Notes: a model not told the origin generated them from the letters alone. A stretch of DNA of 64,000 nt from Octopus vulgaris (GCA_951406725.2 OX597816.1:134478001-134542000), one strand, 5' to 3'. Shown: positions 1 to 11,468, counted from the stretch's first letter. Program-made: numbers and translations.

Positions 1-1457
1 TCCGGGGTCTCAAAGAAAAGGGGAAATCTGTAACCCAAGACAGAGGCTCATTTCAGATGCTCTCAGCTAGAGCCAACTGAACTTGGAGTTCATATAAAGT
101 AGAGTCATCACATCAAGAATTTGAGTGAAAAAGGTTTCATTTACTTTGCTTTGTGTAATTTTGGTAGTTGGATAACTTTACCTGGTAATGTATAAGGAAC
201 TTAGGAATGTAGGATGTTTACACAGCAGCCCATGTAAGAAGTGGAAGGGAATAAATGATGTTTACCCATAAACTTATTTTAAGCTAGAATCGTTGATATT
301 TACTTTGTAATATATTTAGCTCTTGAGATGGGTGATGTATAACAAGTAACATATAATATCAATGATGTATTGAAATACATTAGAAGTACAGTTATCATCA
401 GGTAAAATGTAACAAGGTTTATAGTTCTAGTAGATTATCAGAAAATTAAAGCAAAACACTTCATTTTTTTCTTGTGTGTTTATGTAAGGGTAGGATAGTC
501 ATTGTGTCATCATTTAATGATACTAAAGAAACTATGACTAGGCCAAACATATTTTTTAATTCTTGTGCAAAAGAAACACAACAAAATGCACCAATTTGAT
601 ATTATTTAAAAATCTTTGAGAGAACTTACCTGAAGTTAATTTCTGTATTAACTACTTTCAAGCAACCATTACATACTTCCCTAGTTATCTCATACACATT
701 GAACAAGTGAATAATACAAACTCATATTTCTTTCATGCTTACTTTCATAGATATGAACTTGTCATAATTACAAGGATTATATGTCAATTTTATCATAATC
801 CTGAGTAGGAGTTATTGATTCGTTACTGGATACTTTTGTATTTGTTATCACATTCCTATTCTTTATTTACTCATCCTGACATTTTCTAGATTAGAAACTT
901 CATTATAGAAAAGACTTGTTTATTTAATTTTGTATCATTGAGTGCATAGTCTTTGCATCTTTTATTCTATGTTGTTTTCTTTTCTGTTTTTCTGTTTTTG
1001 CTTTATAGTTGATGCATTATTTATCATATTTTGAAACTGAGGTGGTTTAATAACTGAATGAAGGACTATTGGAACGACATTTTTGACAGGTTACTGAGAG
1101 AAACAAACATTCAACTACATTCAAATTAAGCAATTAGATACTAGATGGTATGTTGTTTCTTTAACTTGTCAAAAGATTAGAAATGAATTTTAAATAGAAG
1201 CCACACACACACACACATGCATATATAATATTCCACTCTTACAAACCACAGTACATCATAAAGTACTCCTCACCTATGGTGCCACGTGCATCATATATAT
1301 ATTCCACACTTATGAGCCTATACACATCATAAGGTATTTCACCCTTATGAATTCATACACATCATTAGATACTGTATTATAATATTATAAACACTTATGA
1401 AGTTCCATATATCACAGGTAATATACCAAAGTTATTAATCAAACTTTAAATAGAATG

Positions 1458-1660
1458 GTGCTGGTGCCACTTAAAAAACATCCAGTATGCTCTGTAAAGT
1501 GGTTGGCATTAGGAAGGTCATCCAGCTGTAAAAACCATGCCAAAACCGATAGCTGGAGAGTAACGTGGTGATGCTCCCTGGCTTGTCAGCTCCTGCCAAA
1601 CTGTCCAACTCATGCCAGCATGAAAATCAAACATTAAAGGGTGATGATGTTGGTGGTGGT
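1458..1660 (+). mobile_element. Degenerate 3' end of RTE-family LINE (or a SINE sharing its tail)
   Basis: Matches the 3' tail of the RTE copy at 5650-5840 (gtggttggcattaggaagg..catccagctgta..catgccagcatg..gatgatg). Confidence 0.6.
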
Positions 1661-1734
1661 TAGGAGGAGGAGGAGGAGGGGAACGACGATGACGACAACA
1701 ACAATGACAACAACAGCAACAAAAACAAGTGATA

Positions 1735-2352
1735 GTCTGCGATTACAAATCATTGGTTGAAGCGGTAGACAACCCGTTCCCACCAGACCTGACAATTAGA
1801 AAATTGCAACAAACAGCAGACCTTGTAGCAGTTGGCAAGATTTTGACGGTGAGCTGGGTGCAGGGCCATTGCAACCTCCATGGCAATTAACTCGCAGATA
1901 TGCAGGCAAAACGTGACTTGGCGCTGCCACAACTGGATGCCACCATCGATACAGCCATTCGTCAGGCGGTTATACATTGAACATTCCAACCAATGCCAAT
2001 TCAACACCCCCATCTGAAGGAAGTCTTCACAAAGAAGCCGGATGAAAGAACCAAAGCAGCCCTCTCGAAGGCAGACTTCACAGACATGATACGCTTCTGT
2101 AGTGGTCATCATCCGGCACTCAGGCAGTGGCAAAAGATGGCAGGATGCAGCAACACAGATCAATGCAGACTCTGTAATGAAGAGGTGGAATCTGCAGAAC
2201 ATCTCTGGCTGAGATGTCCGGCCCTGATGGTGGAACACTATATCCGCCAACTAGAGGCTACAATGGATGAGATGATTCATCTCCCTTTCACAACTCTGGC
2301 ATTTCTGAGAGTTATTCTCAGGCACTTGAGGTGACCAACAACAACAACAACA
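1735..2352 (+). mobile_element. 5'-truncated non-LTR retrotransposon 3' end with RNase H and C-terminal CCHC knuckle (I/Ingi/Nimb-like), pseudogenised
   Basis: About 1849-1910 translates VSWVQGHCNLHGN*LADMQAK, the RNase H WVxGH..GNExAD motif with one stop. ORF 1993-2334 has CRLCNEEVESAEHLWLRC (CX2CX8HX4C). A (CAA)n tail follows the stop. Confidence 0.75.
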
Positions 2353-2792
2353 GTAACAATGACAATGACGACAACAAATATGACGATGATGAAATGGATT
2401 ACATCTCAACACTGTCAAATCACACAATTTTGGATAACTTCCATGTTACACTACTTACCTATCTGTCAATACAGTCAGAGTCATGAGTACAGCAAAAATG
2501 TATGCCACTAAAACTGGTGCCTGTTTTTAAATGAAAATAGTTTACTGACAGTGGTCTTGTCAATCAATGTTTCAGATAGAACATTTCTTACTACTATTGC
2601 AGTGCAAGTCAAAAATTATACAAAAAAAAAAGCTAACCCAAACAATGGACTATTCAAAGCATTATACTATTATAAAAAGCAAGAATAATTTCTTATTGAG
2701 AGAGCTCTTCCACTCACTTTTGTAAATTGCTGTGTTTCTTATAAAGTTTTGCATAATCCTATTTTGAATTGTTTCTCATTTAAAAGAGCCTT

Positions 2793-3006
2793 AAAGGCAG
2801 CAAGCTCGCAGAATTGTCAGTACACTAGGTAAAATGCATAGCGGCATTTCATCTCTCTTTACATTTTGAGTTTATATTCCACTGAGGTTGACTTTGACTT
2901 TCATACTTTCAGGGTCAATAAAATATGTACCAGTTAAACACTGAGGTCAATGTAATTGTCTTATCCTCTCCTGTGAAATTACTGGCCTTGTGCCAAAATT
3001 TGAAAT
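2793..3006 (+). mobile_element. tRNA-derived SINE, family A (decayed copy)
   Basis: Homologous to the copies at 54001-54555: head ggc..gagctggcagaa, core ctttcatcctttcggggtcgataaa..gtaccag. Other copies lie near 13880-14080(-), 31050-31260(-), 32848-33060 and 54975-55175(-). Confidence 0.75.
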
Positions 3007-3385
3007 CATTATTCAGAGCCATTCCTTTCAGCAAGATACAACATTATCTGTTTTTCAACCAATTGTTAACAAAGTAGACAGTGCCAATAGATTGGACACA
3101 AACATGTAACATCAACAAATGTACAATCTTGTTCATTTACTTAGTGATTCTTTCATCACTATTTTGGTAATCATCAAAAAATTGGAAGACAAGCAATTGG
3201 GTTGTTGGAAACTTATTTTATTTTATTTTATTTTACTTGTCTCAGTCATTAGACTGACCATGCTCAGGCATCACTTTGAAAAATTTTTTAGTCATGCAAA
3301 TTGACCCCAATACTTATTTTGTTTTTTAAGACTGGTACTTATTCTTTCATCCTCTTTTGCTGAACTGCTAAGTAACGGGGGCATG

Positions 3386-4225
3386 CAGGGTGCAGTGAAT
3401 AAATTGTCATCTAAATTACACAAAAATGAAAATAACACTGATATCTCATTTTAACAGATGCATTTACCAAAATTACATAAAAATATCTTGAAATACTAAA
3501 GAGTAAATTTATTCAATAAAATCGCCATTGGCTTCAACCATGGACTTCGGAATCTCCTGTCACTCTTCTACATGGTCTCCTTGTTTAAGCTGGTGAATGC
3601 TGCCATAATCCTTACCTTCAGTTCATCTTTGGTATTACAAGGAGTTTTGTTGGTCTCTCACTCAACTGCCCTCACACATAATAATCAAGGCGGTTGCAAG
3701 CTGGGGAGTTAGGTAGCCAGGTGTTAGGGGTGGTGTAGTCGCAGAAATTGTCTAACAGTCATGTCTGGGTTCTCCTGCTTGTGTGGCATGGTGCTCAGTC
3801 CTGTTTCCAGACATAGGGTCTTCCAGTAGCCACTCTCTTGACCTAGGGCAGCATTACCTCCTCCAGGTACTTGATGTAGACCTCTGTATTGAGTCTGAGG
3901 CCATGTGGGTAGATGGATGGTAGCATAACATTGTCATCACTAGTGATCACTCTAAAACACAATGGTGTTGACCGGATGTTTGATTTTTATCACTCTTGGT
4001 ACATGTTTTGGGGACATAGCACAAGCCAACAGTTATTCTGTATGTTTGCCATCAGATCCTGGCAGAAATTTTACTCATCTGAGAAAAACCAAAACATGTT
4101 CAGTTGGAACTTGAGTTTGTACAAAAACTTTGTAGCATGGTCTTTCCACTTTTCCTTGATTGCTTGTGATAAAAATTGGCCCTTTCTCAACTTTCATGAG
4201 GAATACCAAACGTCTTCATGCACTA
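3386..4225 (-). mobile_element. Tc1/mariner-superfamily DNA transposon remnant
   Basis: Minus strand near 3670-3715 reads PNSPACNRLDYYV, a degenerate SPDLNPLD third-catalytic-residue motif. A cagggtg TIR-like end lies at about 3386. The element is interrupted by the RTE LINE at about 4226. Confidence 0.55.
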
Positions 4226-5840
4226 CCAAGGATCAGCCCTCAGCCCCCTCTTATTCCTCATAGTCCTCCAGGCAATAGCAGAGGAATTCAAGACAAGTTG
4301 CCCCTGAGAGCTCCTCTATGCTGATGACCTTGCAGGATCACTACCAGAACTACAGCAGAAATTTCAGATGTGGAAGCAAGGTTTAGAATCGAAGGGTTGC
4401 AAAAACCAAAGTGTTAGTAAATAGGAAGGTGAACACATCATGAGCTCCTTCAGGTAGATAGCCCTGCCCAATCTGTAGAAAAGGTGTAGGTAGCAACTCC
4501 ATAAGATGTACCCAGTGTTAGCTATGGATGCATAAGAGGTGCAGCAGCCTCAAATGAAGGTTAACCAAGATAATAGCTTTTGTATGCAGCAGATGCACAG
4601 GCGCAATAAACATTGCAGATGCTCAGAAAATGGATTCCATCACATGCCAGGAGGAGAAACTAGAAGTAGCTGATAGCTTCCTCTACCTAGGTGACCAAGT
4701 CTGTAGTGGGGAATGGATGCTCAGAGAGCATTGCCACTTGAATAAGAATAGCCTGGGCAAAGTTCAGAAAGCTCCTACCTCTACTGGTGACAAAGGGCCT
4801 CTTGCTCAGAGTGAAAAGTAGATTGTATGATGCATATGTGCAAACATCCATGCTACACAGCAGTGAAACATGGACCATGACTGCTGAGGACATGCGTAGG
4901 CTTGAAAGAAATGAAGCTAGTATGATCCGATGTATGTAGTATGTAATGTCAGTGTGCACACACAACAGAGTTTAAGCACCCTGAGAGAAATGTTGGACAT
5001 AAGAAGCATCAGGTGTAGTGTGCAAGAGAAATGACTGCACTGGTATGGTAATGTGCTATGTATGGATGAGGAGAGCTGTGTGAAGAAGTGTCGCACCTTA
5101 ACAGTGGAAGGAACCCATGGAAGAGAGAGACCCAGGAAGACATGGGATGAGGTGGTGAAGCATGACCTTTGAACGTTGGGCCTCACAGAGGCAATGACAA
5201 AAGACCGAGACCTTTAGAGATATGCTGTGATTGAGAAGACCTGGCAAGTAAATTGAGATCACAGCCATAGCTTGTACCAGTGTCGCATAACCAGCCCATC
5301 TAAAATGTACCTTTGAATCATTGGGTGACACGCTGTGCTTAAGAAGACCTTTGAGTCAAGTAAAATCAAAAATCAAAAATCAAAATCAAAAATGGAAATT
5401 GTAGTTGTGGCTGATGCCAGTGCCACCTGACTGGCTCTCATGCTGGTGGCATGCAATAAGCAACATTCATGTGTGGGTCATTGCCAGTGCTGCCTGACTG
5501 GTGCCCCGTGCCAGTGACATGTAAAAAGCATCATCTGAACGTAGTCGCCAGTGCCGCCTGACTGGCTCCTGTGCCGGTAGCACATAAAAAGCACCATCCG
5601 AACGTGGCTGATGCCATTGCCACCTGACTGGCTCCTGTGCCAGTGGAATGTAAAAAGTACCCACTACACTCTCAGACTGGTTGACATTAGGAAGGGAATC
5701 CAGCTGTAGAAACCTTGCCAGATCAGATTGGAGCCTGGTGTGGCCTCTTGGCTTGCCAGTCCCCAGTCAAACTGTTCAACCCATGCCAGCATGGAAAACG
5801 GACGTTAAACGATGATGATGATCATGATCATGATGATGAT
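4226..5840 (+). mobile_element. RTE-clade LINE, 5'-truncated, with degenerate reverse transcriptase and long 3' UTR
   Basis: QGSALSPLLF..ELLYADDL RT motifs at about 4227-4332; RTE C-terminus RPRKTWDEVVKHDL at about 5128-5170; ~60-bp tandem repeats in the 3' UTR; (GAT)n tail at 5811-5840. Many stops and frameshifts. Confidence 0.9.
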
Positions 5841-5876
5841 CACTCATTTTCATTGCTCAACATTTATGCATATATG

Positions 5877-5927
<51 letters not shown>

Positions 5928-6213
5928 ACAATGAAGGGTGAAATTAATTAATTTGGAATAATTATCAATTACACCAAGTAGTCTTCGGCATGTAAAAGCC
6001 TCATTCGAGGAAAATTTAAGTAATACTAAGCAATTAAGGGTTTAGCAACGAATTGCCTTACCGCACACCGAATTTAGAAATAGCAGTCAAAGAGATTATA
6101 GCTATTTCTTCTACTAAAAGGGAGATCACAGTAAAGACACAGCATTTGAAAGGCAAACACAAACAGGTAAGAGAGAATGAATTAACGGCAATCTATCATA
6201 CAGTTTTAAGTCA

Positions 6214-6305
6214 CCTACGGACGTACGTTTCGAGATCAAGTCTTAGGAAAGCACAAGAATTAGATAATTCTACCTTACCCAGACTTCTTCTCTCATCAGC
6301 GCAGG
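6214..6305 (-). ncRNA. Type I hammerhead ribozyme (copy 1, minus strand)
   Basis: Exact reverse complement of the 6882-6973 motif: tcatcag at 6293-6299, and cctacg-gac-gtac-gtttc from 6214. Confidence 0.88.
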
Positions 6306-6881
6306 ATACAAACAATCATGAATGATTGAATATTGAATTTTGAGATACTAGAAGGCACCAACTCAACTCAGTATCAGAGCGAGCTAGAAGCCACAGCTAG
6401 TATCACCAAATTCAAAGTATGAATGAAAGCTTTGTCACCAGTCCCTTCCCACCCGCGTGTAGCCAAGACAAAGTGCTGTGGTCATTTACTGGGATGAATA
6501 TAGTTATGAGTAACAATGAAGAGTGAAATTAATTAATTTGGAATAATTATCAATTACACCAAGTAGTCTTCGGCATGTAAAAGCCTCATTCGAGGAAAAT
6601 TTAAGTAATACTAAGCAATTTACTTGGTGTAATTGATAATTATTCCAAATTAATTAATTTCACCCTTCATTGTTACTCATAACCATATTCATCCCAGTAA
6701 ATGACCACAGCACTTTGTCTTGGCTACACGCGGGTGGGAAGGGACTGGTGACAAAAGCTTTCATTCATACTTTGAATTTGGTGATACTAGCTGTGGCTTC
6801 TAGCTCGCTCTGATACTGAGTTGAGTTGGTGCCTTCTAGTATCTCAAAATTCAATATTCAATCATTCATGATTGTTTGTAT

Positions 6882-6973
6882 CCTGCGCTGATGAGAGAAG
6901 AAGTCTGGGTAAGGTAGAATTATCTAATTCTTGTGCTTTCCTAAGACTTGATCTCGAAACGTACGTCCGTAGG
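6882..6973 (+). ncRNA. Type I hammerhead ribozyme (copy 2)
   Basis: Stem I CCTGCG(6882-87)/CGTAGG(6968-73); core CTGATGA 6888-94; stem II closed by GAGA/TCTC; GAAAC 6956-60; stem III AC-GTAC-GT; GTC cleavage triplet 6965-67. Confidence 0.9.
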
Positions 6974-7466
6974 TGACTTAAAACTGTATGATAGATTGCC
7001 GTTAATTCATTCTCTCTTACCTGTTTGTGTTTGCCTTTCAAATGCTGTGTCTTTACTGTGATCTCCCTTTAGTAGAAGAAATAGCTATAATCTCTTTGAC
7101 TGCTATTTCTAAATTCGGTGTGCGGTAAGGCAATTCGTTGCTAAACCCTTAATTGCTTAGTATTACTTAAATTTTCCTCGAATGAGGCTTTTACATGCCG
7201 AAGACTACTTGGTGTAATTGATAATTATTCCAAATTAATTAATTTCACCCTTCATTGTTACTCATAACCATATTCATCCCAGTAAATGACCACAGCACTT
7301 TGTCTTGGCTACACGCGGGTGGGAAGGGACTGGTGACAAAAGCTTTCATTCATACTTTGAATTTGGTGATACTAGCTGTGGCTTCTAGCTCGCTCTGATA
7401 CTGAGTTGAGTTGGTGCCTTCTAGTATCTCAAAATTCAATATTCAATCATTCCTGATTGTTTGTAT

Positions 7467-7558
7467 CCTGCGCTGATGAGAGAAGAAGTCTGGGTAAGGT
7501 AGAATTATCTAATTCTTATGCTTTCCTAAGACTTGATCTCGAAACGTACGTCCGTAGG
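7467..7558 (+). ncRNA. Type I hammerhead ribozyme (copy 3)
   Basis: Same motif 585 nt downstream: CTGATGA 7473-79, GAAAC 7541-45, GTC 7550-52. One substitution in distal stem II (ttgtg to ttatg). Confidence 0.9.
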
Positions 7559-7774
7559 TGACTTAAAACTGTATGATAGATTGCCGTTTATTCATTCTCT
7601 CTTACCTGTTTGTGTTTGCCTTTCAAATGCTGTGTCTTTACTGTGATCTCCCTTTTAGTAGAAGAAATAGCTATAATCTCTTTGACTGCTATTTCTAAAT
7701 TCGGTGTGCGGTAAGGCAATGCGTTGCTAAACCCTTAATTGCTTAGTATTACTATATATATATATATATATATA

Positions 7775-7940
7775 CAATAGGTTTCTTTCAGTTTCCATCT
7801 ACCAAATCCATTCACAAGGCTTTGGTTGGCCTGAAGCTACAGAAGAAGACAGTTGTCCAAAGTGCCATGCAGTGGAACTGAAACTGAGACTGGAACTGTG
7901 TGGTTGTGAAGCAAACTTTTACCATACAGCCATGCCTCCT
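7775..7940 (-). mobile_element. tRNA-derived SINE, family B (5' half, next to the TA tract)
   Basis: Homologous to 37055-37218 (ttctttcagtttcc..caaggctttggttggcc..cagccatgcc). Confidence 0.7.
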
Positions 7941-8647
7941 ATAACCAACAATTCTATTGTTCAAAACTGACACAGAATGAAATAAAGCAACTGAGTATAG
8001 CAAAGGCTCTGTTTTGCTTGATAAGTTGTGAATAAGGCCAAGGGAAATTTGGCAAGCCAGAATAAGATTGCTTTTGGGACCTTCTCAATGTTCAAAAAGT
8101 TTGTAAAGTTTCTTTCTTAGAGAGGACCTTGCAGATAGCCATGGGATTCTTCTTGGCTCTCCAGGTTCCAGACCAATATACATGTTGATTCTGCTCACCT
8201 TCTATAGGTTTTGAATAAGATTTAAATATGTTTACAGTTGTCACTCATACTTAACCAGAAAAAATTGAAATAACATTAGCTAGTGACTAACTAATGTAAT
8301 TGTTTTTTCACTATATATATTTTTCTTTAAGCTGTTTAATATTTTGAATGTTAAGTATGTTAACTCTATATTACCAATTGTTTTCATGTAGATGACATAC
8401 TTAAGTTATTTCATTTCTAAATAATTCTCTTTTTCTATAACAATAAATGTACAATCTTATTTTTAATTATTAGCTACTTATTCCTCTTCTTCCTCTTCCT
8501 TCTCCTCCTTCTTCATGAAGATGATGATGCATCTGCTTTAACATGCCCACATGGAGTGCATGGATCTTGTTTTTTGTGGCTCATCACAGTAAAACTGGTC
8601 AACTTTGTTGTTGCATGTCATTGTGCTTTTGGCATGTGGCTTAGTGA

Positions 8648-8960
8648 AGGTGTGTGGCTTAGTGGTAAGGGTTTTCAGTTCACCATTGTCAGATTATGAG
8701 TTCGATTCCTGATAGCACATGGTGTCCTTGAGAAAGACACTTTACTTCACATTGCTCCATTCCACTCAGCTGACAAAAATGAGTAGTACCTGTAAGTCAA
8801 AGGACCAACCCTGTCACATTCTGTGTCACACTGAATCTCCCTGAAAATTATGTCAAGAGTACACATGTCTGTGGAGTACTCAACCACATGCACATTAATT
8901 TCGTGAGCAATCTGTTCCCCTGACTGGATCAACTGGAACCTTTGTTGTTGTAACCAATTG
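8648..8960 (+). mobile_element. tRNA-derived SINE, family C
   Basis: A-box-like tggcttagtggt, B-box gttcgattcc, then gtgtccttgagaaagacactttac..cacattgctcc core. Related copies lie at about 47290-47580 and 38415-38720(-). Confidence 0.65.
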
Positions 8961-9239
8961 AGTGCTACTTGTTTGTATTTTTGGTGAGGTTTTAAAAAGG
9001 TGTATACCCTTCCTATCACCAACTACTTTACAATATGAACAAACTGCATGTTATTATGCCACTAGCTCTAAAGATGCTACCTGTAGCAGAACTAAGGTAT
9101 CCTATCTACCTTTCCTCTCTCTGTTCATTCGTGTATACTTCTAGTTGGCTTTGCAATTCATCTGCACTGACTCCAGGAGCAGAGACCTTAAAATTTCTCT
9201 ACTGAGTTCATGCCAAAAACACAATCACTTCACATACCA

Positions 9240-9800
9240 AGAAAAAATTAGCATCTTACTTAAACATGAGCAGCCCATAACTAGAACCATTGTAATCATT
9301 CCAAATATTAGGCCTCACTATTACCAAGGATTTCTCCAGGTGAATGCACATTCTCAACATAGCAAAGACTACATATGAAAAACTGACCTTTCCCTTTAGA
9401 GCCAGAAAATACTTTAGCTTTGACAAAGCTCAGGCAAAACACATGATAAAGTACTGTTCCCACATTTAGAATATTGTTGCAATTTCACTTACGATCATTT
9501 AAGACAAATCTTGAAAAGAAGTCACTTGATTGGTGGGCATGAAGTTACTAACAAATGCACTTTAGCCTCTGGTCCACAGTCTCTGCCTATTCTTTGAAAT
9601 TAGCTAATCTCATCTCAGTGTCACCCATAAACATGTGACTTATCCATTACATGTTTCCTAAGTCATGTAATGTCTAATGATTTTAGATCTCTCACTAACC
9701 CCTAAACCCAATGCTTTCTCTCCAGAATATTATATCTATAGAGTTCTTTTCTTGCACATTTCGTTCCTGCAGTCATCAACTTGCAACAGTCTAAGTAGAA
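9240..9800 (+). mobile_element. Highly degenerate CR1/L2-group LINE 3' coding remnant
   Basis: Translates ILGLTITKDFS..HILNIAK..FRARKYF..KAQ..KYCSHI, resembling the post-RT thumb region YKAQ.RP.MEYCSH.W of CR1/L2-type elements. Confidence 0.45.
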
Positions 9801-10102
9801 TGCTCACAACATTCCATTTATGTAAGTATCAATCTCACAGGTTTCAGATAGCCTTCAAAGACCATGGATGCAGTCCCTTTCTTCCAAACTAGAAATTATT
9901 TGAGAAAAATGGGTTCATCTTTGATTTTGGCTTTAAAAATTAACATGGAAAACTGCCTCTTATTCACCCAATTTAAGTTGTTGCCTTTAATTACAACTTT
10001 AAGACTCCCTACTGTTACCTTGCAATTCATTTTGTGTCAATATCAAAATGAGTAAGGAGAGATGTTCAAGAATGATGGATGCCTGCAGACGTTTCTGTAC
10101 GA

Positions 10103-10290
10103 ATGTGTGTATGTACATATGCACACGCACACACACACACATGTATGTACATATGCATGCATGTATGTATGTATGTATGTATGTATGTATGTATGTATGT
10201 GCATATGCATGTGTGTAGATATGCATGTCTGTACATATGCATGTATGTATGTATGTATGTATGTATGTATGTATGTATGTGCATATATAC
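10103..10290. repeat. Compound (CA)n/(TATG)n microsatellite
   Basis: Directly visible. It produces the spurious HTYI/MYVC ORFs. Confidence 0.95.
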
Positions 10291-10581
10291 TTGTGGTAGA
10301 GACCCTTCTGTTCAATGCTAATCAGGGTTATATTGTTCACAACAATTATAAATCATGCAGCTTCATGGCTTGTCACAACCTGCACAACAATGTAAAATAA
10401 AAATACTACTGTGAGACTATCAACTTAATTTTAAGTTGTAAAGGATACCAATGTTATCAACACTAACAAGAGTGTTGGCTAATGAGAGAGATTCAGTAGG
10501 CTAGTTATATTTTGTCAGCAACCTTTACAGTCAGAGTTCAAATCCCTTCAAATTCAATTTTGCCACTCACTTCAGTAAATA

Positions 10582-10642
10582 ATACATACATACATACATA
10601 CATACATACATACATACATACATACATACATACAACACACAC

Positions 10643-10702
<60 letters not shown>

Positions 10703-10705
10703 CAC
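10582..10705. repeat. (TACA)n(CA)n microsatellite
   Basis: Directly visible. Confidence 0.95.
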
Positions 10706-11432
10706 AAAAAATGAATGTTTATAAAACTATTCCAACATACAATAACCACTATACCAACAATCCAACATACATCCATCATCAGCTGCCCCACAGATATCAC
10801 TATGGTTTCGACACCTGGGCAGTACCATTCAATCCAGTGCTGTCAACAGCATTAAATATGTATTGTTTGAGAAGAAACATACCTTAGATATCACCACATT
10901 CATTCGATCTTAATTCTAGGGAGGATTAAATACATTATAAATTAAACTACAACAAAGAAACACATTTACCTTATGTACAAAAACAGTATCCGTAAATTAA
11001 TTCAATAAGTAAACCTATAACTAACTCCTAAATCATCTAACTACGTAGCAACCTAGCCCATGAAGTCCATGCAGATAATATTCCCACCAGTCTTCCATAG
11101 TTATTAATATAAAAGTGAAAGCTTTTATATTCTATTCTTTCCAGAACAAAACAAACTCGATTGAACTTAACTAATAATATAACTAATTCTGAGTGAATTA
11201 CACTATTTCATAACCCCAAAGTTAATTTTAAACACTCCATACATATTAAATATTTGTTATCCTTACATGCGTTAATGTTAAACTAATACCAATATATTTT
11301 AATAGATCATACTAAAATATCCTTATTAAATCACAAACTAATAAAAGAATACCTGTAATAAACAATTATTATTAAAAACCCTGTTTCAATTAAAGCTAAA
11401 TATATAACTGTTTAAAAGATAATATATATATA

Positions 11433-11468
<36 letters not shown>

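Larger units (their letters stand above)
5925..7753. mobile_element. Hammerhead-ribozyme-bearing non-coding retroelement (Penelope-like pseudo-LTR / retrozyme-like), ~585-bp units in inverted plus tandem arrangement, inserted in (TA)n
   Basis: The unit start gtaacaatgaa recurs at 5925 and 6510. From 6621 the reverse complement runs about 1.9 units (tacttggtgt at 6621 and 7206). (TA)n flanks both sides, and each full unit contains a hammerhead. No recognisable ORF. Confidence 0.8.

Noticed and set aside
1-80. Possible terminal coding exon at the window start (RGLKEKGKSVTQDRGSFQMLSARAN*)
   Set aside because: Too short and unrecognisable, with no upstream context.
1009-1147. Exon-like segment with good acceptor (tttatAG) and donor (G|GTATGT)
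   Set aside because: Stops in all three frames. It could be a non-coding or UTR exon, but the sequence alone cannot support that.
6053-6325. 90-aa ORF inside the ribozyme element
   Set aside because: Starts at TTG, lies antisense to the hammerhead and shows no RT or GIY-YIG motif.
9999-10800. Multiple overlapping ORFs rich in HTYI/MYVC
   Set aside because: Translations of (TACA)n/(CA)n microsatellites, not genes.
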